Below, piece after piece: positions 8,852 through 17,160 of a stretch of 32,000 bases of DNA (its first letter is position 1; the number at the start of each line of letters is the position of its first letter). The translations under genes were made by a program, and so were the position numbers. The notes beneath the pieces were generated by a model that saw nothing but the letters and a program-made list of their open reading frames with translations, made no database searches and had not been told where the DNA came from. The DNA is from Halomicronema hongdechloris C2206 (GTDB lineage: Bacteria > Cyanobacteriota > Cyanobacteriia > Phormidesmidales > Phormidesmidaceae), in assembly GCF_002075285.3 (NCBI RefSeq), contig NZ_CP021983.2, forward strand, positions 4,680,001 through 4,712,000, written 5' to 3'.

Positions 8852-10453
8852 ATGCTCACTGCCCTTTCTATGCTGGCGTTCGCGCCACTGTTTGCATCGG
8901 TTCCAGAATCGGCGGTGGACAGCCCGCCACCCACCGTGACGGCATCCGCCTCGTCGTCACCGGGGCAATCTGGTGATATGGTCCAGCGCCACGAAGTGCG
9001 TGCTTTACCGGGGCAGCTGGATGGAATTCCTATGTTTAACAGCAACAGCCCTGAGGTGGTGCAGCGGGAGGGCATTTTGTTGTCGACCTTCCCAGCGGAG
9101 GAGATGGCCGCGCCCCGGGCTCACCTAGACTTTCCTCTGCAGGGGCGGTTTAATCTGTTTGCCCACCACATTGCTCGGGGGCTGACTCAGACTGATCGGC
9201 GCTCTTTGTTCCTAGGGGTATTGGTTCATAACCCGGGGCAACAGCCCGTGAAGCTAGAGGTGCTGCAGGGGGTCAGTTATCTCAGTCAAGAAGCTCCCTT
9301 TCACGATTTACCCGCCTATGTAGCTAATCCCAACGGTAATGTCTATGCCGGGCCGGGCAGCCGTACCATGACGGACATGCTGCAGGATAAGCCTCAGGAG
9401 CATTGGCCTGATCGGATTACGATTCCCCCTGGTCATGTCAGTCTGTTGATGAATGTGCCGATTCCGCTGCGACGCTTGACGGTGCCTACCAACGGCACCC
9501 TACCGCCTGGTTCCCCGATTCCAGTGAAGCCGACCGATGTGATTGCGGCGTTGCCTCATATGCAGCTTGGCTTGCCGCTGCAGAGTGGTAACTGGATGGC
9601 TGGCTCACCGGCATTGGCGGATGGGCAGGCGTTACCCAGCAATGGCCGTACGGCCTTGATGTATCTATCTAGTGATGGTCCGGTGCATCTGGCCAGTCTG
9701 GCCATGTATGCTCCCCGCTTAGCCAATGGGGATGAACGGGTGCCGACCCTCTCGGAATGGATTGCCTTGCTGAAGACGGGAGATTTGGCTGGTCCCCGGG
9801 ATATTTCCCCTACACCGCCGGAGAATAAGTCTGCGGAGCCCTTTTATTACGGTCGGGTGGCAGGGGTAGCCCAGGGAGAACGGTGGGATGCGATCGCAAC
9901 CGACGATCCCGATAGCGATAGCCTCAGCATTCCCAACCCTGGGGAAGCCTTTTCCTACGTCATCAGCACCCTGGACCGCAACACCCTGGGCACTGGTCAG
10001 ATCCAGAGTGCTCCCATGCTGGCCCGCTATCCCGACACCGCCTATCGCGCCCACGGCAACTATGGGGTGCACTACTCCCTCACCCTGCCCCTGAAGAACC
10101 CCACCGACGATGCTCAGATGGTGCTGCTCAAGTTTCAAACCCCACTGCAGGATGAATCCCTGAAAGACGGGCTGCGGTTTCGCCAGCCCCCCGATGATGC
10201 CATCTTTTTCCGCGGTACCGTGCGGATTCAGGCCACCAATCGTCTAGGCCTGCAGCAGAGTCGCTATGTGCATTTGGTGCAACGCCGAGGTCAGGCCGGT
10301 GAACCGCTGCTGAAGCTAGAGCTACCCCCAGGGGAGCAACGCCAGGTAGTTGTCGACTTTCTCTATCCCCCTGACGCCACGCCCCCCCAGGTGATTACGG
10401 TGCAGACCACCGATCCCTATGGGGGAATCGAAGCTAGGGCGCCCCAAGACTAA
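8852..10453 (+). CDS. Conserved-looking secreted hypothetical protein (family not confidently recognised; possibly a cyanobacterial DUF)
   Basis: 533-aa ORF with coding-like composition throughout. An in-frame TAG 3 nt upstream fixes the ATG. The N-terminus is short and hydrophobic (MLTALSMLAFAPLFASV). No catalytic motif was recognised. Confidence 0.6.
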   Translation: MLTALSMLAFAPLFASVPESAVDSPPPTVTASASSSPGQSGDMVQRHEVRALPGQLDGIPMFNSNSPEVVQREGILLSTFPAEEMAAPRAHLDFPLQGRFNLFAHHIARGLTQTDRRSLFLGVLVHNPGQQPVKLEVLQGVSYLSQEAPFHDLPAYVANPNGNVYAGPGSRTMTDMLQDKPQEHWPDRITIPPGHVSLLMNVPIPLRRLTVPTNGTLPPGSPIPVKPTDVIAALPHMQLGLPLQSGNWMAGSPALADGQALPSNGRTALMYLSSDGPVHLASLAMYAPRLANGDERVPTLSEWIALLKTGDLAGPRDISPTPPENKSAEPFYYGRVAGVAQGERWDAIATDDPDSDSLSIPNPGEAFSYVISTLDRNTLGTGQIQSAPMLARYPDTAYRAHGNYGVHYSLTLPLKNPTDDAQMVLLKFQTPLQDESLKDGLRFRQPPDDAIFFRGTVRIQATNRLGLQQSRYVHLVQRRGQAGEPLLKLELPPGEQRQVVVDFLYPPDATPPQVITVQTTDPYGGIEARAPQD

Positions 10454-10524
10454 TTCTGCGGGTGAAATCTGTCACAGGAGGGAGTCCGTGTTGGCCCCCT
10501 TTTCTGCAATGCCCCTATAGAGAC

Positions 10525-10908
10525 CTATGAAGGAGCTGTTTTCTGCAAGTCCTCCAGGGCACTGATAACAAAGGTGGCGGCAGGATGTTTCACCAACTGC
10601 TTTAGGGTGGCCGTGCCTCCGGCTTTCAGGGCACTAAACAACCGCTGCAGCAGGGGCGGATGCTGCTGAATCTGTGCCACCGCTTCGGTGGCGACGGCCA
10701 TGTGGTTAGTCACCCCTTGCCCCGGATGCTGGGTCGAAAGCTGCTGCAACAGGATTTGCAAATCCGCTGACACAGCCATGAGTGACTGCTCGTCAGCCGT
10801 ATCCATATGCTGCTGGATCTGATTCCCCACGGCGATCTGGCCGCTGTTGTCATGGGCATTGATATGGGCATTGATGGCCCCAGGATCGGGAGTATTCGCA
10901 GAAGTCAT
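10525..10908 (-). CDS. Small helical protein sharing the N-terminal AHI..DNSGQIAVG.I.Q tag with the upstream STAND NTPase
   Basis: ORF 10525..10938. I prefer the internal ATG at 10908 (MTSANTPDPG...) because GGAG lies 7 nt upstream of it. It sits 62 nt downstream of the STAND gene on the same strand. The C-terminal ~85 aa look all-helical (LQILLQQLSTQHPGQG...LLQRLFSALKAGGTATLKQLVKHPA). Confidence 0.65.
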   Translation of the reverse strand: MTSANTPDPGAINAHINAHDNSGQIAVGNQIQQHMDTADEQSLMAVSADLQILLQQLSTQHPGQGVTNHMAVATEAVAQIQQHPPLLQRLFSALKAGGTATLKQLVKHPAATFVISALEDLQKTAPS

Positions 10909-10970
10909 GGTGGATCTCCTCAAAAAGATGGACAACATTACAGTGTTTGATCGGTTTTTAGGGGGGGTGG

Positions 10971-13900
10971 TTAAATGAGATCCCCACCGCCAGCACCATT
11001 GCCATTAGACGATGGGGCACCCTCGCTGCCACCAGCACCATTGGTACTGCCTGATCCCCGGCCGGACGACCCAGTCGACCCAGGATCTGGAGGGCTTTGA
11101 GTGTCCTGCGGCAACTGCATGGTGCCTTGAAGCGGCACGGTCAGCGGGCTATTGGGATCATTGCTGGTGATGGTCAGGGACTCAATCTGCAGGGGAGCAT
11201 CTCCCTGGTTCCGAATCGTCAGCTCCTGTTGGCGACCATTGCCCACCAACGCTTCATAGGGCACAGACCCAAAGTCTATCTCTGCAGGCTGAGCCACGGC
11301 TAAAGGAGCGGTGACGGGCTCAGAGGGGGGCTCTGTCACCGTGACGGCAACGGTGGCGGTGGCGGTGCGGTGACCGGCTTGCACCTGATAGGTAAAGCGA
11401 TCCGCGCCCACGAACTGTTCAGACAGATAGGTGACAGATCCGTCGTCATTGCGAGTCACGCTGCCGTGCTCAGGCGCCGACACGGATAACAACTCCAGGG
11501 GCTCTCCCGCCGGATCTCGATCGTTGTCTAGGGGGAAGAGGGTCACGGCTTGCCCGACTTCGGTGGTGATCTGGTCATCTGTCACCTGGATCTCTGGTGG
11601 TGGTAGTACTGTAATGGCAATGGTGGCGGTGTCTGTTTGGGAGCCGTCAGTGAGGGTGTAGGTGATGCGATCGCGTCCGGAGAAATCAGGCTCGGGGGTA
11701 TAGGTAATGGTGCCCGCGGCCTCATCGATGGCTAGCTGGCCATGGTCTGGTGGCGTTACAGTGTCCAGCCGTAGAGTATCGCCGCGATCATTGTCCAGGG
11801 GACGAATCTCCACGGCCTCTCTGTAGGCGGTGTCAACGGCATCATTCACGGCCTCTAAGGGGGCAGCCACGACGGAGACTTCGATCAACGCCTGCTGACG
11901 CTGCTCGCCATTGCTAGCCCCATACTCGAAGGTGTCGAGGCCAGAGAAGCCGGGGTCAGGCGTATACCGCAGGCGATTCGAGCCTAGACGCTCTAGGCGG
12001 CCATGGGCTGGTGTGGCCACCTCTTCCAGCCTCAGGGGTTGCCCCAAGGGATCTCGATCATTGGCTAGGGGCGCGATCTCCACTGGCTGTTCCTGGGGAG
12101 TCTCCACGAAGTCATGGTTGAGTTGCAGGGGAACCGTAGGCAAGACCTCTATCTGAACCGCGGCCGCGGCCCTGCGATCGCCATCACTGACCGTGTAGAT
12201 AAAGCCATCCTGCCCGGAAAACTGGGTTGCTGGCCGGTAGAGGAGACTGCCATCGCTCTGGCGTTCTACTCGACCGTGGGCTGGGGCCGTGACCTCAGTA
12301 ATCTGCAGTGCCTGGCCCCTAGGATCGCGATCATTGTGCAGAGGCGTAATCCTGACCGGCTGGCCGTAGGCGGTCTGGACAAAATCATCAAACGCTTGAA
12401 TCGGCTCAGGAGCTGCCACCGCCACCTCAACCAGCCCCTTGGCCGTATGATCACCATCGCTAACGGTGTACTCAAACCGCTCTGAGCCGGAGAAGCGGGG
12501 GGCGGGCGTATAGGTCAGGCTACCGTCGCCGTGCACCTGCACCCGCCCCTGCAAAGGCTGCTGCAGCGCCACGATGGCCAGGGGATTGCCATCACGATCT
12601 CGATCATTCTGCAAAGGGACAATCTGTACTGCCTGACCATAGGCGGTTGTGACAATATCCGGTAATGCTTGAGGCGGATGAGAAGGCCTCACGGGAGGAC
12701 TAGGAGGCTGAGGAGACGGGGAAAAACTGGGGCCACTACCAGAGGATTCGGTCTCAGGAGAGGCAAAAGGTTGAATGCTAATATCCGCCAATTGGTCTTC
12801 GATCTCATTCGGATCTAAGGAAGGACTGTCTTCAAACGGTGTCGACTCTGGGCCAAGGTTTTTAATTGCCTCGGCCGCCATTACAGCTAAGGCTGTGGTG
12901 GTGCCACCGGCCAGCAGCAGCAGCGGTAGGTTTTTGCCCGTGAGTAGGGACCAGCGCTGGGGCGGCGCTGGACTCGATGGCATCGGTTGGCAGCGCAGTG
13001 CCGCCAAGCTTTGGCTGAGGTCGTCAGGGTCACTGTCCAGGAAGTCCTCTGCCGGTGATGGGTCGACGTCGATGTCCTCCTCGATAGGATCGGCGTCTTT
13101 CTCATCAGAGTCAGCATTAGGCCCCAAGAGTAACTCCAGGTTATGGCGGGTGACGGCGATGGCATCGGCATTGCCCAGGCTCTGACGCAGTTCTAGGGCC
13201 TCCGTCAGGGCGCTCAGGGCAGTGTCTCGATCCCCAAGGCACAGGGCTCGTGTCCCCAACTGATGCAACGCCCATGCGGTCTGGGCAGTGTCTGCCAGGG
13301 CTCGGGCTGCCTGCAGCAGGATGCCCAGCAGCAAGAACCAGGCTCCCCAGCGATGCGATCGCATCAGCTGCGGCTCGATGGCCCGAGCCAAAATAATGGC
13401 CTCCTGATAATGGCCTTGATCCACGGCCCATGCCGCCAGATACTGCATGGGATCAATGTCTTCTGGTGGAATCGCCTCGCTGGGCAGCTGCCCTACCCAA
13501 GTGACATAGCGCTCCAGTAAGACCTGCCGGCTCTGCTCAATGGGCCAGCGTTGGGCCAAGCCCTCCGCCAGATTCGGGGCCAGGGAGTAAGCATTGCCTT
13601 CTAGTTGCACCAGCCGCAGCTGCTCCAGGCTCTGCAGCACCTGGCGGGTCTCCGGCAGCGAGGAGATCACGGGTGATGACAGGCGAGCTAGCTGCTCGAC
13701 GGTCATGGCCAGGGCCTCCAGGGCAGTCAGGATAGCTAGGATGAGCTGCTGCTGCCGCTTACGAGTGCTAGACGCACTCAGCAGCACTCGATCTCGGGTC
13801 TTGGCAGCCTGCTGAGCCAATTTAGCCAGGGAGCGCCGCTCCTGACGATGGAGGGCACTAGCCTGCAGAATCCGCAGGGGATGCCCCTCCAGGTGTTGGC

Positions 13901-14621
13901 ATAGAGCCTCAGCGTGAGCATATTCAGCGGGTCGCAGGGGACGCCCCAGATCCTGTTGCAACAAGGCCACGGCCTCCGGTAAGGGTAGACCCGATAGCGG
14001 CAATGGTCTGCCATCTCCCCCGAGGCGACGCTCTGGAGCAGTGACCAGGAACAGGCACTGGGGCATTCGGTTCAGAAGTTGCTCGATGGCGGCGGCATCG
14101 AGTTGCAGATCGTCTAAGACCACCAGGGCCTGGATGGGCTGTAGGTAATGAGCCAGCTCGTGATCGGTGGCTCGATAGGGAATATCGGTGTCGTAGAAGG
14201 CCTCAAACAGAAACTGCTCTAGGTCGGCTCGGGGCTTGCCGTGGGCCGAGACATAGACAATGCCATCGCCATAGGCCTTCCAGGTGGTGCTGTGGAGCAG
14301 ATGGCGAACTAACACCGACTTGCCAATGCCCGGTTGACCGTAGACATCGACTGACTGGTGGATGCTGAGGTGCTGTAGCGCCAGTTGCTGCGCCTGCTGT
14401 CGACCGATCAGGTGAGGAAATGGCCGCGGCAGTAACTTAACTGGTTGGGAGCGCCGAGTTACCTGAGCGGTCTGGGCAGGAGGGGCCACATTGACCAGTC
14501 CGCCATAGTTGGTGAGCTGCAGAATATGATCGCCCACGGCAATCTGGCCGCTGTTATCGCCGGTGATATGGGCCGCTATGGAGGGAACAACGGTAGGGGC
14601 AAGTTGGGGGGCCGTTGCCAT
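10971..14621 (-). CDS. Membrane-spanning NB-ARC/STAND P-loop NTPase with C-terminal cadherin-like repeat array
   Basis: 1216-aa ORF. NTPase motifs: Walker A GQPGIGKS (nt 14316..14339), Walker B LVVLDD, FLVTAPERR (sensor-1-like), LSGLPLPEAVALL and EGHPLRILQ (GxP-like). Then follow a helical TPR-like region, an acidic linker and a hydrophobic helix LPLLLLAGGTTTALAVMAAEAI (nt 12864..12929). After a Pro/Ser linker come five ~90-aa cadherin-like repeats, a beta-sandwich-like IDFGSV...LTIRNQGDAPLQI module and a Gly/Ser tail. Confidence 0.85.
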   Translation of the reverse strand: MATAPQLAPTVVPSIAAHITGDNSGQIAVGDHILQLTNYGGLVNVAPPAQTAQVTRRSQPVKLLPRPFPHLIGRQQAQQLALQHLSIHQSVDVYGQPGIGKSVLVRHLLHSTTWKAYGDGIVYVSAHGKPRADLEQFLFEAFYDTDIPYRATDHELAHYLQPIQALVVLDDLQLDAAAIEQLLNRMPQCLFLVTAPERRLGGDGRPLPLSGLPLPEAVALLQQDLGRPLRPAEYAHAEALCQHLEGHPLRILQASALHRQERRSLAKLAQQAAKTRDRVLLSASSTRKRQQQLILAILTALEALAMTVEQLARLSSPVISSLPETRQVLQSLEQLRLVQLEGNAYSLAPNLAEGLAQRWPIEQSRQVLLERYVTWVGQLPSEAIPPEDIDPMQYLAAWAVDQGHYQEAIILARAIEPQLMRSHRWGAWFLLLGILLQAARALADTAQTAWALHQLGTRALCLGDRDTALSALTEALELRQSLGNADAIAVTRHNLELLLGPNADSDEKDADPIEEDIDVDPSPAEDFLDSDPDDLSQSLAALRCQPMPSSPAPPQRWSLLTGKNLPLLLLAGGTTTALAVMAAEAIKNLGPESTPFEDSPSLDPNEIEDQLADISIQPFASPETESSGSGPSFSPSPQPPSPPVRPSHPPQALPDIVTTAYGQAVQIVPLQNDRDRDGNPLAIVALQQPLQGRVQVHGDGSLTYTPAPRFSGSERFEYTVSDGDHTAKGLVEVAVAAPEPIQAFDDFVQTAYGQPVRITPLHNDRDPRGQALQITEVTAPAHGRVERQSDGSLLYRPATQFSGQDGFIYTVSDGDRRAAAAVQIEVLPTVPLQLNHDFVETPQEQPVEIAPLANDRDPLGQPLRLEEVATPAHGRLERLGSNRLRYTPDPGFSGLDTFEYGASNGEQRQQALIEVSVVAAPLEAVNDAVDTAYREAVEIRPLDNDRGDTLRLDTVTPPDHGQLAIDEAAGTITYTPEPDFSGRDRITYTLTDGSQTDTATIAITVLPPPEIQVTDDQITTEVGQAVTLFPLDNDRDPAGEPLELLSVSAPEHGSVTRNDDGSVTYLSEQFVGADRFTYQVQAGHRTATATVAVTVTEPPSEPVTAPLAVAQPAEIDFGSVPYEALVGNGRQQELTIRNQGDAPLQIESLTITSNDPNSPLTVPLQGTMQLPQDTQSPPDPGSTGSSGRGSGSTNGAGGSEGAPSSNGNGAGGGDLI
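11334..12665 (-). repeat. Five tandem ~90-aa coding repeats (cadherin-like / tandem-95-type Ig-fold) inside the STAND gene
   Basis: Each unit follows the pattern D.V.T.(Y)GQ.V.I.PL.NDRDP.G..L.(I/L)..V..P.HG.V......G.L.Y.P...FSG.D.F.Y.(V/L)SDG; five copies are diverged at the DNA level. Confidence 0.8.
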
Positions 14622-14858
14622 GGTGGGGCTCCTTGGGGGGAGGCGGGACTGGTAGACTGCAACGTAATTTATATCTTCAGGGTTGAGCTCAAGATTCCAG
14701 AAAATTGCTCCCTGAACTTAACGGGGTAGCTTAGGTGACTCCGAGATAGCCCTGCCTCTTCTTGCCTCCCCAGCTCCCCAGCTGTGGGGGTCAAATTTAG
14801 ATTGGTCACCTACTAGTGACTCACAACAATGAGGTGACATGGCGTTTGCAGTCGGAGA

Positions 14859-15864
14859 ATGACAATGAAAGCGATGGTCATTGAGCAATTTGGCGACCCC
14901 ACGGTCTTTCAGCCAGCCGAGGTGCCAACACCAGAGATACCGGCCCACCATGTGCTGATTCGGGTGATGGCCACCAGTGTCAATCCCGTGGATGTGAAAA
15001 TCCGTCAGGGAGCGGTGGCCGCCATTGCTCCGGACTTTCCGGCGATTCTGCATGGAGATGTGGCTGGCGTGGTAGACGCCTTGGGCCAGGGAGTATCTGG
15101 CCTTGAGGTTGGCGATGAGGTCTATGCCTGTGCCGGGGGCATCAAGGGTACTGGTGGCGCCTTGGCGGAGTACATGGTGGCCGATGCCAGCTTAGTCGCT
15201 CCCAAACCCCGCAGCCTGACCATGCTGGAAGCCGCGGCTCTGCCCCTGGTCTCCATCACTGCTTGGGAAGGATTAATCGATCGGGCCCAGGTGCAAGCGG
15301 GACAGCGAGTCTTGGTCTACGGAGCCACGGGAGGGGTGGGCCATGTGGGCCTGCAGCTGGCCAAGGGAGCCGGAGCCACGGTCTATGCCATGGTGTCTAG
15401 CCCGGAGAAGGCTGCCGTTGCCCGGCAACTAGGAGCCGATGTCACCCTAAACTATCGCCAAATCCCTGTGGCAGATCTGGTGGCTCAGCACACCGAGGGC
15501 CAGGGCTTCGATGTGGTGTTTGACACCGTCGGCAACGACAATCTGCAAAACGCCTTCCAAGCGGCCCGACTCAATGGCACCGTCGTGTCTCTGGTGGCCC
15601 GTTCGCAACAGGACTTGAGTCTGCTCCACGCCAAGGGCCTGACCCTGCATCTGGTCTTCATGTTGCTGCCGCTGCTATCAGGCATCAACCGAGCCCACCA
15701 CGGCTGGATCCTGACACAGGTTGCCCAGCGGGGTAGACCAGGGGCAACTGCGGCCCCTGCTGGCGGAGCAAACCTTTACGATCGGCGATGTGGCTAAGGC
15801 CCATGCCTACCTGGAGTCGGGAACGGCGGTGGGTAAGGTAGTCCTGGCTCAATCCCTGGCTTAG
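14859..15864 (+). pseudogene. Zinc-type alcohol dehydrogenase / NADPH:quinone oxidoreductase (MDR family), interrupted by a +1 frameshift or a sequencing error
   Basis: The frame starting at 14859 gives a typical MDR N-terminus plus a Rossmann motif (VLVYGATGGVGHVGLQLAK). It becomes Arg/Pro/Gly junk after ...ILTQVAQ. The authentic-looking C-terminus VDQGQLRPLLAEQTFTIGDVAKAHAYLESGTAVGKVVLAQSLA* is read in the next frame from 15733 to 15864. Total length is 1006 nt, that is 3n+1. Confidence 0.75.
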
Positions 15865-16994
15865 TAATCTACCCCGCGCTTCAGGTCTACTCCCTTTTCG
15901 GCATAGTGCTTGTGGCAAAACACCTCGGAGTGGACACTGGAGAGATCGAAATAGGTAGGCGGGTTTTTGCAGCGGCCGGTGATAATCACCTCGGTATCAC
16001 GGGGCTTACGCAGCAGGGCCTGGACAATGGGTTCCTCTGGCAAGAGTTCCAGATCTACGGTGGGGTTGAGTTCATCCAGGATGATGGTCTTGTAGAGGCC
16101 GGAGGCGATGGCGGTGCGGGCAATCTCCCAGCCCCGTTCGGCTTCCACATAGTCGATCTCTTGCTGCTGGCCCCGCCAGACGATGGCGTCGCGGCCACAG
16201 CGTTGATGGTCCACCAGGTCGGGATAGCTCTTGCGCAGGGCGGCGATGGCGGCATCTTCCGTATAGCCCTGCCCCCCTTTCAGCCACTGCATGATCAACA
16301 CCCGGTGGGACTTGTCCTGACTGATGCCGCGACCGATGGCTTGCAGGGCTTTGCCCAGGGCACTGGTGGACTTGCCCTTGCCGTCGCCGGTGTAGATCTC
16401 GACCCCTTCGATGCCGGGATAATCCTCAGGCCGGTAATGGCAGGGCTTCATCTCGGAATGGAGGTCGGCGATGTCGAGGAGGGCTGGGGGGGCGCCGCGA
16501 CCGGTGGCGATGATCTCGAGCTGCTCGGGTTTACGGCGCAGGGTACGGACCACGTCGTCGATGGGCAGGAGTCCCAGATCCAGGACTGGATTCAGCTCAT
16601 CTAAAACCACCACGGAATAGAGGCCGGAGGCGATGGCTCCCTTGGCCACATCCCAACCGCGCTGGGCCTCTTGCCGGTCGAAGCGGGTGATCTCCCCGGG
16701 ACCGAAGAATTCGGCGCGGCCGGTGCGGACTTGGTCGATCAAGTGGGGAAAGCCCCGTTGCAGGGCTTCGATGGCGGCGTCTTCGTCGTAGGTGCGACCG
16801 GGACCCTTGAGAAACCGTAGTAGCAGTACTCGACTCTCCATAAACTGCTGAATGCCCAGGCCAATGGAGCGCAGCACCACCCCCAGGGCCACTTGAGACT
16901 TGCCCTTGCCGTCGCCGTCATAGACATGGATCTGGCCAGTGAGCCGCTCGCTGTTGCCCTGGGCTGTCCGAATGCCGATGCCGGTTTTAACCAT
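15861..16994 (-). CDS. cobO: Tandem two-domain CobA/CobO/BtuR-family cob(I)yrinic acid a,c-diamide adenosyltransferase-like protein
   Basis: 377-aa ORF made of two clearly homologous halves. Each half has a GDGKGKS P-loop, (F/W)LKG..G.(Y)(D/T)EDAAI.AL, ERGW(D/E).A..AIASGLY and (V/I)LDELNP..DL.LLP. Confidence 0.75.
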   Translation of the reverse strand: MVKTGIGIRTAQGNSERLTGQIHVYDGDGKGKSQVALGVVLRSIGLGIQQFMESRVLLLRFLKGPGRTYDEDAAIEALQRGFPHLIDQVRTGRAEFFGPGEITRFDRQEAQRGWDVAKGAIASGLYSVVVLDELNPVLDLGLLPIDDVVRTLRRKPEQLEIIATGRGAPPALLDIADLHSEMKPCHYRPEDYPGIEGVEIYTGDGKGKSTSALGKALQAIGRGISQDKSHRVLIMQWLKGGQGYTEDAAIAALRKSYPDLVDHQRCGRDAIVWRGQQQEIDYVEAERGWEIARTAIASGLYKTIILDELNPTVDLELLPEEPIVQALLRKPRDTEVIITGRCKNPPTYFDLSSVHSEVFCHKHYAEKGVDLKRGVDY

Positions 16995-17160
16995 AGTGTT
17001 GAATGCCTGGGTAGGACCAGAGATGAAAAGGGGGTTTGCACGGATAGCCCTACACCTAGAGGTCTGGTAGAAGGGGCTACCGTTGGTAATTTAACCTACA
17101 AATTCTAGCGAAACCCCTGCAGACGATATACCCTATTGCCTAGATTCGCTAGGAGTCGCC

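Noticed and set aside
14622-14858. Short GTCAC...GTGAC inverted repeats (GGTCACCTACTAGTGACTC) and repeated GGTGAC motifs upstream of the qor-like gene, as a candidate operator.
   Set aside because: The arms are only 5 bp long and no cognate regulator is adjacent. This cannot be distinguished from chance by eye.
16995-17160. Possible cobalamin riboswitch upstream of the cobO-like gene.
   Set aside because: I could not find a B12-box-like element or the conserved GCCACTG on the relevant strand. The spacer is only 166 bp and is shared with the divergent fraC-like promoter.
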